Assembly (NCBI GenBank): GCA_951406725.2
Contig: OX597831.1
Location: 1,488,001-1,552,000 of the forward strand
Source of the DNA: Octopus vulgaris
Taxonomy: Eukaryota
Reading direction: 5' to 3'
DNA length: 64,000 nucleotides
This document shows, one piece after another, positions 51,136 to 62,681 of the stretch; the first letter of the stretch is position 1; every line of letters starts with the position of its first letter. Below the pieces are notes generated by a model, which saw nothing but the letters and a program-made list of their open reading frames with translations, made no database searches and had not been told where the DNA came from. Position numbers and translations under genes: made by a program.

Positions 51136-51430
51136 ACCACACCTGTGCTTGTTGCAAACAATTAGGCCAATCTCTGCCCTGAGAATTACTTGTGTTAATT
51201 AGGACACACAAGTAATTCTCAGAGCAGAGACAGGTATAGCAAAATTGTGAGCAGCAAGAGTCGGTCCTCCTTTCTGGTAATTTTGTAATATCAGTTCTTT
51301 GCATTTTTTTGTTTTGTTTTGTTTGGAGTTTTTTCTGTGTATTGTTTCCATGTGGCTCTTCTCAGTTCCTTTTTTGAAATTTAATAATAATTAAATGAAT
51401 AAAAATATCCAAACTTTTTTTCTTTTACAG

Positions 51431-51481
51431 ATCAAAAAGGTTGTTCAGCAACTGGAACCAACCCCAGAGCTGTTGCATCGT
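51431..51481 (+). CDS. VPS41: VPS41 exon O: IKKVVQQLEPTPELLHR
   Basis: ttttacag acceptor, CGT|gtaagt donor, 51 nt. Confidence 0.92.
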
Positions 51482-51878
51482 GTAAGTATAGACAGTGTTG
51501 GTGTTTGTGGGTCAGACTTAATCCAGCAAACTTATAATCAGGGGCATTCCAGTTATGACCTCCCACTTGCTTTTATGGGACATAGTGTATTCTAGAAGTA
51601 TGTTATCTAATCTATCCTTGTTTCCTTACTAAGCTGGCAATGTTATTTGAAGGAGATTTGGCTGTTATTTCTGGCAGTTCGTTTGCAGCTTCATTGAATT
51701 CAGCCCCAAATCAGTCATGATCAAGGGCACTCCAGTCATGACCATCCTGCCATCTTTTTCAAACATAGTGTATATAGATATACATTATCTAATGTGTGCT
51801 TCATTTCTTAAATTGTAGAGGGTGATTTGAGGGAGATTTTACTACTCATTGCATAGAGGCTCCCACATTATACTATTT

Positions 51879-52734
51879 CCTCGCGGTGATATAGAGGATC
51901 TTTGTCGATGCCTCCACCAAATTTGGAGATGGTCTAACGAATGGGACCTGTGTCTGAACGTGTCAAAGTGCTGTCATCTGCCTGTTGGCTCTTCTCCTGC
52001 AACTCAACTTGATTTCGAGCCAGATTGTCTGCTGCTGGAGAGGACCGACCAGGTAAAGGACCTGGGTATCTTGGTGGATTCTTCCTTTTTGCCTTCGGCC
52101 CAGTGCGTCCATGCTGCCAACAAATCACGTGGAGTTCTGTTTTTGATTCGACGGTCATTCAGAATGCTCACAGCAGCCATATTCCTACCGCTCTATGTCA
52201 CGCTGGTGAGACCCATATTGGAGTACAGGATTCAAGCCTCTTCTCCTTATCTCCTCAAAGACATACAGCATCTCGAAAGAGTCCAGAAGCTGGCTACCCG
52301 CATGGTTCTTGGTCTCAAGCATTTGTCTTATGAAGAAAGGCTGAAGACGCTCGACCTTTATTCTCTAGAAAAACGATGACGCCGTGGTGATCTCATTCTT
52401 GCTCACAACATCATAAGCGGTAAGTGTAACCTCTCAAAAGAGCTGTTCTTCACTCCTGCTCCAGAGCGTTGGCTGTGGGGTCACTCCGAAAAGCTCTATC
52501 TGCGACGATTTCATCTCAATCGAAGGAGAGGAGCTTTCTCCGTCCGGGTTGCGGATCCATGGAATAAGCTGCCAGACGAGATGGTGAAGATGCCGACGAC
52601 CGCTCGGTTCAAAGTCTCCCTTGACCACAAGTGACCTGAACTCTTTACATGAACATCACCCTGTACATAACTCCATGTCCCCCTACAAGGCCTTGCTTTT
52701 TGCTTTTTGAGCCAAAAAATTAACTAACTAACTA
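51879..52734 (+). mobile_element. 5'-truncated CR1-group LINE, little decayed
   Basis: RT C-terminus LNVSKC..KDLGI..LYVTLVRPILEY..LERVQKLATR..YEERL..LYSLEKR*RRGDLI; (TAAC)n tail; TSD ACTATTT (51872-51878 and 52735-52741). Confidence 0.93.
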
Positions 52735-52865
52735 ACTATTTGCTTTAAGCATTTTCTACTACATTCCTCTGTTAATGCTGATCTATATGTCAGTAGCATT
52801 CATTGACTCCCTTTTATGCACTATTCTGTTCTAATTTTTTCTCTCTTTTTCTTTCTCCACTGCAG

Positions 52866-53058
52866 TACCTTGACAAATTGTTCCAAAAGGATCCTCACTT
52901 GGGCCAGGAATACCATGCAATGCAAATAAAATTATATGCAGAGTACGACAGAGAGAAGTTGCTGCCTTTACTCAAGAACAGCACACACTGCCCTCTGCAG
53001 GCAGCCCTTGAGGAATGCCGCATTCGGAACTTCTTACCAGAACAAGTCTTCCTTTTGA
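52866..53058 (+). CDS. VPS41: VPS41 exon P (clathrin heavy-chain repeat): YLDKLFQKDPHLGQEYHAMQIKLYAEYDREKLLPLLKNSTHCPLQAALEECRIRNFLPEQVFLL(N)
   Basis: ctgcag acceptor, A|gtaagt donor, 193 nt. Confidence 0.96.
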
Positions 53059-53129
53059 GTAAGTAGCATTTCAGTTACACAGTATAGCTTCTATCTCAGG
53101 ATGGCATTGAAGTATTTTCTCTGCAAATG

Positions 53130-53278
53130 TATCATCATCATCATCATCATCATCGTTTAGCATCCACTTTCCATGCTAGCATGGGTTGGACGGTTCAACT
53201 GGGGTCTGGGAAACCAGAAGGCTGCACCAGGCCCAGTCTGATCTGGCAGTGTTTCTACAGCTGGATGCCCTTCCTAAC
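53130..53278 (-). mobile_element. Family A 3' fragment
   Basis: (CAT)n plus reverse family A 3' end. Confidence 0.85.
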
Positions 53279-54624
53279 GTATGTGTGTGTGAAAGAGAGA
53301 TTGGGTCTAGATCTAGAGAAATAGCATTGGACAGAGGATTGTCATGTTAATATACTATGTTAAACTCATTTCTACACTAAAACAGTTCTGGTAATGGTTC
53401 TTTGTAGCTTTGCTTTCTATCAGTTAATAGATAAAGAGAATTGTGTAATTTTGTGTCTTTCAACTAAAAACAAAAGTGGAGCTGTGACAGGTGGTCTTGG
53501 TGATGGTGCCTATAGAGGTTTCAGCTGTGCTGATGGTGATCTTGAATCCCAGGACAGCCCTGACCAAACAGATTTATTATCAAAGGCATTCCAGCCATAA
53601 TCATCCCATCCTTTCACACATCAGGGACTACATTGTCCAATATGTCCTTTATTCTTTTTGAAGACAGTAAGGTGGGATTTCAGTGAATTTTGGTTGCTAT
53701 TCCTAGCAGATCAAGCAACCATGCAGAAGCACTTTTATTGGCTCAGTAACATGAATGATGACTGTAATGACTTTTGTAATGAGAATAATAATGATGATGG
53801 TAGTGATGATAGTGGCAGTGTATGTATGTATGTGTTGAAAGGTGGGAAGATGAAGACTGGAGATGATACAACCATCTGTACAGTTGTATCTGGTAACTGT
53901 AATGGGATTATTATAGTAACATACTTGGGTTAGTCAACTAAATTTTTGTTTTGTGTGTGTCTGTGCAATTAGATTGTTTTTCCTCGATTCTTGTTTACAT
54001 AATAGCATGTTTCATGAATATATTTCTAATTGAATTTATGGGGTGTTCCTAATTAAAGTATCTCATCTACTATGTGGGATGAAACTGGCTCCTCTGTTCT
54101 ACTCTAAAATTGTAGATCTGGAAATAGTTCAGGACCCACTCCCCTGTGATATACGTGCAGTTGTGTTAACAGAATTGGCATAATAGATATTCTTCATGGA
54201 AGGAATTTGCAGAAGAAGAAAACTGAGGAAGATATTGTAATGTATGATCTCAAGATGTTGAATCACACAAAAGAGATGAAGAATCACAAGTGCTGGAACA
54301 GATCTATATAATCAATGTCAGTCAGGGAAAATGGACGTAGAATATTGATAATGGATAATAGATATGGTCTATACACAATGTGGACAGTAGACCTGCTTTG
54401 TAGGTATTCAATAGGCAAACGCAACTGGTAAATTAATTGTTGCTATCAATATGCTCTTCTTGGTAGTATGCTCTCTATCATAAAATAGAGAAGATTGCTT
54501 ACTACTTATATATATTGTCTCTCTACCAGCAACATCATCTGCTATGTTTTCTGAAGATGGGCTATCTACCTGTTTTCTACCTGCCCAGGTACATGTTTTA
54601 TTGAGTTGTTCGTTTCCCTTTCAG

Positions 54625-54765
54625 ATAAAATGGGTGACACAAAAGGAGCATTACATGTGATAATGGAGCTGCAGAACAATGTCCAGAAAGCCATAGATTT
54701 CTGTAAAGAACACAATGACAAGGAACTGTGGGATGACTTGATAACTTTTTCCATCAACAAACCAG
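54625..54765 (+). CDS. VPS41: VPS41 exon Q: (N)KMGDTKGALHVIMELQNNVQKAIDFCKEHNDKELWDDLITFSINKP(G)
   Basis: tttcag acceptor, G|gtaact donor, 141 nt. Confidence 0.96.
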
Positions 54766-54790
54766 GTAACTATCCAGTCTTATCTGACAC

Positions 54791-55230
54791 ATCGTCATCA
54801 TCGTCATTTAACGCCCGCTTTCCATGCTGGCTTGGGTTGGACAGTTTGACTGAGAACTGCCAAGCCGGGAGGCTCCACCAACCTCCAGTCTGATTTGGCA
54901 AGGCTTCTGCAGTTGGATGCCCTTCCTAATGACAACCACTCTGAGAGTGTAGTAGGTGATTTTACGTACCACTGGCACAGGAGCCAGTCAGGTGGCACTG
55001 GCATCGGTCATGCTTGAATGGTGCTTTTTATGTGCCACTGGCACAGGTGCAAGTCAGGTGGCACTGGCATCAGCCACACTTGAATGGTGCATTTTACATG
55101 CCACCAGTACAGGTGCCAGTCAGGTGGCACTGGCATTGGTCATGCTCAAATGGTGCTTTTTATGTGCCACCGGCACAGGTGCCAATTAGGCAGCACTGTC
55201 ATCAGCCACAACTATAATTTCACTCGATTA
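54791..55230 (-). mobile_element. Family A copy with four 5' units, starting ~25 nt after the exon Q donor
   Basis: Four repeats of GGTGCTTTTTATGTGCCAC.GGCACAGG.GCCAGTCAGGTGGCACTGGCAT. Confidence 0.85.
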
Positions 55231-56161
55231 CAATTTCACATACATACATACATACGCACATATACATGATGGCTGCAGCATGATTTCAAGTAATGCCATC
55301 GCTTGATTGTTCTCATAAACATAAGCAGCACAGACGTGTCTTTTCACTCCTGTTAGTGACCTACAATACTATGATAAAGCACCTCTTACAGCAGGTGTTC
55401 AGAGAGTTTACCACTCACACTGACACATACCTTCATTCCATCATGGAATTATTCATTGAATGTTTTGCCTTCCTCAGCTATGGCCAGCCATAGTATGTAA
55501 CACACCATAGAGATGCTAAAAAAAATACAAGCAAAGCTTGTGCCTCAAGTTTTTTCACTTTTAGCACACTGTAGCTGCAGGTGCATTGTGTTGCATTGGG
55601 AGGGGAGAAAACTCACACAGTTACTTGATGCACTTACAGCATGCTAAAGGTTAAAGTGAGGCAAGACCTTACACAGGGCCAATCACACCCTCTAAACAAA
55701 GTATGCATTTGCCCAAACAAAAAGAAGCAGTAATGTACATCATTGGATGCAAACTAATCTGCAGGTGCTACATTAGAGTTTTCCTTTTCCTAGAGATGTC
55801 TAAACAAAGACTAGATGCCTCTCACCCCTAGCTTTGGGATGGCCATTGACTTTACTAAACTCATTTGCCCTTTGACAGGTTCTGCTTTTCATTCTGCAGA
55901 GTCTCCAATGAAAACCATCCTTTTTATCAAACAGGCATAATAAGATTACCAGTTTAGTTGCAAAATGACCTGACCATGCAACAGGTGGTGCTGGATTATA
56001 TTTTAATTGTAGCTCTAAAACTGACCCAGTATAATGTAAATACTTACATGCATGCATGTGTGTGTGTATATATATATATTAATAATAATAATATTAGGGA
56101 GTAAATCCAAACTTACAGGGAAAAATTAGATTTAGGATTAAATCTAATTTTATAGTATAAA

Positions 56162-56244
56162 TATATATATTAAATTAGAGATAAAACCACTATTAGGCAA
56201 TTGATTTGCCTAATAGTGGTTTTATCTCTAATTTAATATATATA
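56162..56244. repeat. Perfect 39-bp inverted repeat with a 5-nt spacer
   Basis: TATATATATTAAATTAGAGATAAAACCACTATTAGGCAA-ttgat-reverse complement. Confidence 0.95.
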
Positions 56245-57708
56245 CACACACACACATACACACACACATATGGAAATACTATATTCATTTGTTTCCATGT
56301 TCATTTTTCCATACTAATATGGGTTATACAAATGCATATTATTGAGGCATTGTTGTACAGATGGATGCCCTTCAAGTAAAGAATTTTTTAATTTACTGTC
56401 TTCAAAAGCACACGGCTTACAGATTGGCTTATTGACAAGGACTGTAAACATTTTCACACAGACACACACACAACACACACATGCACACACATTACAGGCT
56501 TTCAATCAGTTTACATCTACCAATTCTCCATTTATAAGGCATTGGTCACCCCGGCACTGTAGGGCTTTTGGAAGGTGCTTCACAGTAAAATAAAACTCAT
56601 GACCACATGGTTACAAATCAAACTCTGTATTTAAACATATGCACGCACACACACACAAACACACAAACAAGGAACTGTAGGATAACCTGTTGACATTCTC
56701 TTTCAATAACTATATAGCTTTTAAGTCGCGTACTTACATGTATTTATATATTCACAAAAGATGTGGAATATCCTGAGATATCCTGACAACCTTCTGCACC
56801 AATAAATCAGTTTCTTTATAACTTTCAGGTTATACACACATCCATCTGTATGCTCATGCACTCACATATATATACAAACAAATTTGCGCGCAGACACACA
56901 CACACACACATGTGCACACATATGCACATTTTCTCTTCTCTGGATTGTTAACGAGTAACCTCCCTCTCTTTGTTTTCTGAGTTTACAACCCTGCTCTATG
57001 ACTCACCATAGCAACCACTCTTCTCTGACTGGGTCACCATGACAACTGTCACAACCAGTTCCTCTCTGAGCTTACCATATGCAGCATGCTTTCAATGTGT
57101 AGCTGTGGCACCTCAGTCCTCCTGTCAGCCATCCCACACCTGCCACTTCACATCAGTAAACTGCAGCCCATCAAGCACATCTGGAACCACGACCAACTCA
57201 GCATACCACCAGCCAATCACTATAACTGCTATACTACTCTAACCATTGCACCGCCATACCACTCTGTCATCACATCACCACCACCACATCACACAGTCAC
57301 TAAACCACACCATGCTACCACAGTTACTAACATCACCACACCACACAGCTTCTACACTACACCACCACCACAATCATCATCATTATCATAAGTCCATTTT
57401 CCATACTGGCATGAGTTGAACGGTTTGACAGGAGCTGACCAGCTGAAGGGCTGTTCGGGCTCCCTGTCTATTTCAGCATGGTTTCTATGACTGGATGCCC
57501 TTCTTAGTTCCAACCATACTGCTTTAATCACTACACTGCTACCGGTCACTATAATGCTACGATGCTGTCATGGTCATCATATTACAGCCACTACATGACC
57601 TTAAAACCACCATACCATATCACACCTCCGATCCTGACCAACACACACAAAACAAAAGGTTACTCTACCTTTGTGCCAAAACCCTTGTCTGCAACCCCTT
57701 CCACTTAT

Positions 57709-57913
57709 GATGAGGTGCTGCAAAGTCCTGGCTTTGAGTAAAACAAAATACTGGAGGATCAGTTAATTATGATTTTATTCAACATATTCCATTCTCAGAT
57801 TCCTACACTTATTGCAGCAGTCCTTCAGTTTTTCTAAGCCCTGTTAAAGAACTCAGAAGGTTGGGTCTCCAACCGATACCCCTTAAAGCCAGGAACTTTT
57901 CAGCACCTCCTCA
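57709..57913. mobile_element. Tc1/mariner-type MITE (same family as 8854-9051)
   Basis: TA-flanked; GAGGTGCTGCAAAGTCCTGGCTTT / AAAGCCAGGAACTTTTCAGCACCTC. Confidence 0.8.
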
Positions 57914-58001
57914 TATGTTTACCCCTCTTTGCAACAAGGACCAGCTTGTTTATCTCTTGTTCCCTACCACTGAAGTATCAAACATCTGTATCTGTCGCCA
58001 G

Positions 58002-58138
58002 GATTCATCACAGGCCTTCTGCAGAACATAGGGACCCATGTTGATCCTATTATCCTAATCAAACGGATACAGAATGGTATGCAGATCCCAAAACTGCGGG
58101 ATTCACTCGTCAAGATCCTGCAGGATTACCAGATTCAG
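58002..58138 (+). CDS. VPS41: VPS41 exon R: (G)FITGLLQNIGTHVDPIILIKRIQNGMQIPKLRDSLVKILQDYQIQ
   Basis: cgccag acceptor, CAG|gtaaag donor, 137 nt, very conserved. Confidence 0.96.
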
Positions 58139-58617
58139 GTAAAGTAGTGTTTCTTATTTAGAATGGTCTGATGGTGTATAGTGGAGGTAGTAATGTGTGG
58201 TGGTGTAATGTGTAATAGTGTTGTTGTGTGTAGTGGAGGTAGTAGTATGTTGTGGTATGTAGTTGTGCAGTGTATATGAGTGTGGTGTAGTAGAAGTAGT
58301 TATGTTATCTGGTGGTGGTAATGGTGTAATGTGTACTAGTGTGGTGTTTGGTGGTGTTGTGTGATGGTTGTAGGGTGTTGTAGCATGCAGTAGAGGTAAT
58401 GGTGATAATTGTTTATGCTGTAGACTTTCCAGCCATGACCCTCCCACATGCTTATATATCTAGGATCACACTAACCAGTGTGTCCTTCCCTTTTTTATGA
58501 AGATGCTCGGGTGTGATTTAAGGGTGATTCAACTGTTATTTCTAACAGGCTATAGTCACTTTCTTATTGGCTGTTGATAGTGGTGTTTGGATATTTAGTA
58601 GAGGTGGTGGTAATGTT

Positions 58618-58684
<67 letters not shown>

Positions 58685-58901
58685 ATATATGGAAAAAATA
58701 AGTTCAAAAAGAACAATTCAAACTTTTTGAGAGATCCAAAAAGAGAGAAAAAATTTATTTCTAATAAAGATTCATCATATTCATAAAAAAACAGCCAGAG
58801 CAAGTTATAAGAATATGAAAATAATAGTTGAAAAATATTGTTATAAGTATAACATTGTCTCTATATACAAGTTGTTATTGTTGTGCCTCTTATTATTGCA
58901 G

Positions 58902-59001
58902 ATTGCCCTGCTGGAAGGTTGTCAGAAGATCCTTGTCAAAGACAGTTATAGTTTACTGACAAAACAAATCAAGACTCGACAGCGAGGATATATGATTGAT
59001 T
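58902..59001 (+). CDS. VPS41: VPS41 exon S: IALLEGCQKILVKDSYSLLTKQIKTRQRGYMID(Y)
   Basis: ttgcag acceptor, T|gtaagt donor, 100 nt. Confidence 0.95.
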
Positions 59002-59093
59002 GTAAGTAGAATCATAGCACTACTTTAAGATATCTCTCTTTTTTAACATCTGTCTTTCCCTAGGAGCTTGCAAGCCTGCAGCATTCTACATTT

Positions 59094-59500
59094 AATAATA
59101 ATAATAATGAACTTATTGTATACAGTGCTAAAGTGCACTACAGTTCATCAGAAAAAGAAACCAAAACTGCCTGAACAGTACATAGAATATGCACAGGAAG
59201 TGAAGAGTAAATAAGTCTTTAAAAACAGGGATGGGAGGCATCAGGTGTACTGTTAGCAGATTTGAGAAAGCATGGAAATTTTGAAGGTTGTTGTATCCTG
59301 ACAGTTAACAACTGATGCGGGTAGTTTATTCCATGCTTCAGCAATTCTGAGTGTGAAAAGATGTTACTGAAAGCCATGGGTGCTTTGCTGTTTTTTTTGA
59401 TTTTGTAAACATGTCCATGAGTGTTAGACACATGGAATTCAAAAAGGTGCCCAAGGTTGTTGTTGGGAAGATGGTGGATAATTTTGTGGGAGTCTACTTT
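59094..59500 (-). mobile_element. CR1-group LINE 3' remnant
   Basis: Minus strand NTHGHVYKI ... FTLRIAEAWNKLPASVV; (ATT)n tail. Confidence 0.75.
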
Positions 59501-59840
59501 TTTGCTACAGAAATTAGAAACAGGCCATTAAGCAGGACTTGAAACATCTCTAATATCTAAATTTAGTTGAAGGAATGATAGATGCTCTGTGGTGTAAATT
59601 AGTATTGTAGCCATCTTTCAAATGACAGATACATGGTTCAAATGACAGGTATGTGGGTCAGTGGATAGATATGCAGGTCAACTGATAGATATGTGACCCC
59701 AAGTGATAGTTATGTGGATTCATATCTTGTTAATGTGTCTGTTGTTTCTTTTTTTATATGAAATTAAATTATATAATGTCTAAACTCATTTAATTTACAC
59801 TTTTATTAACGCTTCATACATGATATAGGTTCTATTTCAG

Positions 59841-59885
59841 ACGGGCAAAAATGTGGTATCTGTGAGAAACCTGTAATTGAAAATG
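59841..59885 (+). CDS. VPS41: VPS41 exon T (RING first CxxC): (Y)GQKCGICEKPVIEN(D)
   Basis: tttcag acceptor, G|gtaagt donor, 45 nt. Confidence 0.9.
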
Positions 59886-61730
59886 GTAAGTGAAATAAAC
59901 TACTTCTTCATGTAACCTACTGACCCTTGAAGTGGTGGTATTGGTGGAGGGGTTCTATCATAGACTCTTGTGAGTTTGTTCTCTGCTCTTAGCCACCTCC
60001 CAAGGAACAAAGTTGCTCACTTAACTGTCGGGATTGTTTGATGTTAATGCTATTATAGTTCTCCAGGTCAGCCCTGATCCACAGATAGATTTACTGTCAA
60101 AGACGTTCCAACCATGATCGTCAGGTTTTCGTTTTTTTTCCTTCACACAGTTTATCCAAGATCACATGATCCAATTTGTTTATCTATTTCATTTAAGACA
60201 TAAGGTGTGATTTAAGGGGGATTCTAGCAGGCTAAGTGCCTGTATTAGCATCCTCATCATTCACTCATCTGGAAGCTTATAATCAGTTTATTTATTGAGA
60301 TAGGTGATAAATTCAGAGGAGCACCTAATGACATACCTTGCTGTATTTACTTATGTCCCTTTATCACCTGAGTTCAAATCCTACCAAAATCAGGTTTTCA
60401 CTGTCATGACTTCCAAATAGAGGCAATTCACTTGACTCGACTTCACCCCAATTAATGTGTGGTATTGTGCAATGAAGACTAGAAACTACTGCTGCTGCTG
60501 CTACGTTCCTTTACATTTGAGTTCATATCCTGCTTGAGTTTGACTTTACCTTTTATTTTTCCTCTATGCTTCTGTCTGTTAAGATTATGAACATCTAAAG
60601 TGTTGAGTATTTACAAGGATTGTCTTAGGTGAGGGACAGATGTTGTTACAATCAACCATGTCCCTCACACACCTGTACCTGGAAAGCAGTAATCATTGCA
60701 GCAAGTAGAGTGATGTGTCTTGCTTAAGACTACCGCACTGGTTACACAAGTCAACAAAAAGCTTCTATGTGGCTGTTTGTCCTCCTAGAAATAGAAGCAA
60801 AAATTTCCCTCAAACCACACATTTTATTACTTAAATGTAAAAGACAATGTTGGATAATGTAGTCCAGGATAAATACTATACCTGAGTGAGATGGGATGGT
60901 CATGGCTAGAATGATTTTAAGCATAGTTCTGTTTGATCATGAACATCCTGATTATTAGAAGGGTGGTACTGGTAGTGGGAGGAGAGGAATTATTGTAGAT
61001 AATAGTTACTTTTTATGAATGAAGGCATGTCCAAGTGGTTAACCATTTTGCTTCACAAACATGTGGTCATGGGTTCAATCCCATTATGTGCTCTCTTGAG
61101 CAAGTGTCTTCATCATCCTCACCCAATCACAATACTCTGCCTTTTTTTGCTTCTGATATTGACAAAAAAATTATCAGACAAAGTCAACCTAGGCTTAAAG
61201 GGTCATAACCAGAGTAATAACAGGTAAACAAAATAGAGTGAAGGCCCATAGCCTAGATATTGGTGTCCACAATCATTTGGTCAGGGACAGGTGGTGCATT
61301 GTATTCTTGACCAAGGCACTTTGTTTCACATTGCGCCAGTCCCTTCAACTGAAAATGACTGCCAACAGCAACAACAGTAAGGGTTAACCCAAAAACAGTT
61401 TAGTGTTCTATTCAGGGCAGAGGTTGTGTACTTTCAGTCTCAATATGCTCCTGTATCATCATAACTTTGTAGGCTTGAGGAAAGTTGACTATTCATGATT
61501 AGCCTTGCCTAAGATCTGTCTGTAAGCAGAAGTGCAAGAGGGTAGATTGAGCTGTAGGATGGGAAAGGAAGTGGGGTATGTTTGTGTCTATTGTTTTGGA
61601 CTAAGTCTACACCGAAGTGTTGATTGTAACAGGGAGGAAATGTAAGGAATTGGATTGGTAATGGCAGGTGAGTGAAAGACCCATCTTTCTACATCACTGT
61701 CTAATGTCTGCTTTTGTTGACATGTTTTAG

Positions 61731-61810
61731 ATCAAAGATGTGCTCAAGATTTGTACATTTTCTTCTGCCGCCACTCTTTCCACCGTGACTGTATGGAGGG
61801 GAATGGATCG
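61731..61810 (+). CDS. VPS41: VPS41 exon U (RING CxHxxHxxC): (D)QRCAQDLYIFFCRHSFHRDCMEGNGS
   Basis: ttttag acceptor, TCG|gtaagt donor, 80 nt. Confidence 0.93.
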
Positions 61811-61873
61811 GTAAGTACTCGCTCTTTCTCACCCACTTTACTATGTATTTGTCTGTGTGTATGTATATATATA

Positions 61874-62251
61874 GGCGCAGGAGTGGCTGTGTGGTAAGTA
61901 GCTTGTTTACCAACCACATGGTTCCGGGTTCAGTCCCACTGCGTGGCACCTTGGGCAAGTGTCTTCTACTATAGCCTCGGGCCGACCAAAGCCTTATGAG
62001 TGGATTTGGTAGACGGAAACTGAAAGAAGCCTGTCGTATATATATATATATGCGTGTGTGTGTTTGTTCCCCTAGCATTGCTTGACAACCGATGCTGGTG
62101 TGTTTATGTCCCCGTTACTTAGCGGTTCGGCAAAAGAGACCAATAGAATAAGTACTGGGCTTACAAAAGAATAAGTCCCGGGGTCGAGTTGCTCGATTAA
62201 AGGCGGTGCTCCAGCATGGCTGCAGTCAAATGACTGAAACAAGTAAAAGAG
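61874..62251 (+). mobile_element. tRNA-derived SINE family B (CORE-like), full length and CpG-retaining
   Basis: TGGCTGTGTGG A-box-like and GGTTCAGTCCC B-box-like motifs, ACCTTGGGCAAGT core-like motif, internal microsatellite, TA-flanked. Confidence 0.88.
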
Positions 62252-62283
<32 letters not shown>

Positions 62284-62555
62284 CACACATCTACTAGTAT
62301 TTTCCCATGGATAATCTTAATGAGATTTTTACCTACCATTCATTGCACTGCTCTGACAGTTTTTAAAGGGTTTTTTTTTAATGATTACAATCCCATCCAC
62401 TCCTTATTAAAATGTGTGTGTGTAAAAAAAACTTCCTTTGACCCTTTCAAAAATTCATTCTGACTTCACACACACACACCGTGTGTCAAATAAGTGCTTT
62501 TGATCCTTACAAAAATCAACCCTGAATGTTTGTCTTTTTCTTTTTCTCTTTCCAG

Positions 62556-62603
62556 ATCTCTTGTTTTATATGTAATTCAGGGCCAGCTGTATCACAAAAA
62601 TAA
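62556..62603 (+). CDS. VPS41: VPS41 terminal coding exon (RING last CxxC): ISCFICNSGPAVSQK*
   Basis: Long pyrimidine tract + ccag acceptor, TAA stop at 62601-62603; completes the C3H2C3 RING-H2. Confidence 0.85.
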   Translation: MSCFICNSGPAVSQK

Positions 62604-62675
62604 ACAAGAATGGACCAAAAGGTTGAGGATCAAGGCCAGCAACAACAACAACCAACGCATAGAGTAATCCAGTTC

Positions 62676-62681
62676 AATAAA
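62676..62681 (+). promoter_or_regulatory. Candidate polyadenylation signal AATAAA (another overlaps the stop at 62599-62604)
   Basis: Hexamer ~70 nt after the stop; usage cannot be shown from sequence. Confidence 0.3.

Larger units (their letters stand above)
15132..62603 (+). other. VPS41: VPS41 gene span (5'-partial, 22 coding exons), HOPS complex subunit
   Basis: 22 exons with AG/GT boundaries and matching phases give 742 aa with no internal stop. Motifs recognised from VPS41 orthologues: FLIAWAN, RPDLYQCNLCWKDD, ISPKDVVVAKLRDQDDHI.WLLE, LYAEYDREKLLP, FITGLLQNIGTHVDP, LRDSLVKILQDY, RING-H2. Confidence 0.97.

Noticed and set aside
61874-61950. tRNA gene
   Set aside because: A/B-box-like motifs continue directly into a multi-copy SINE body; no complete cloverleaf.
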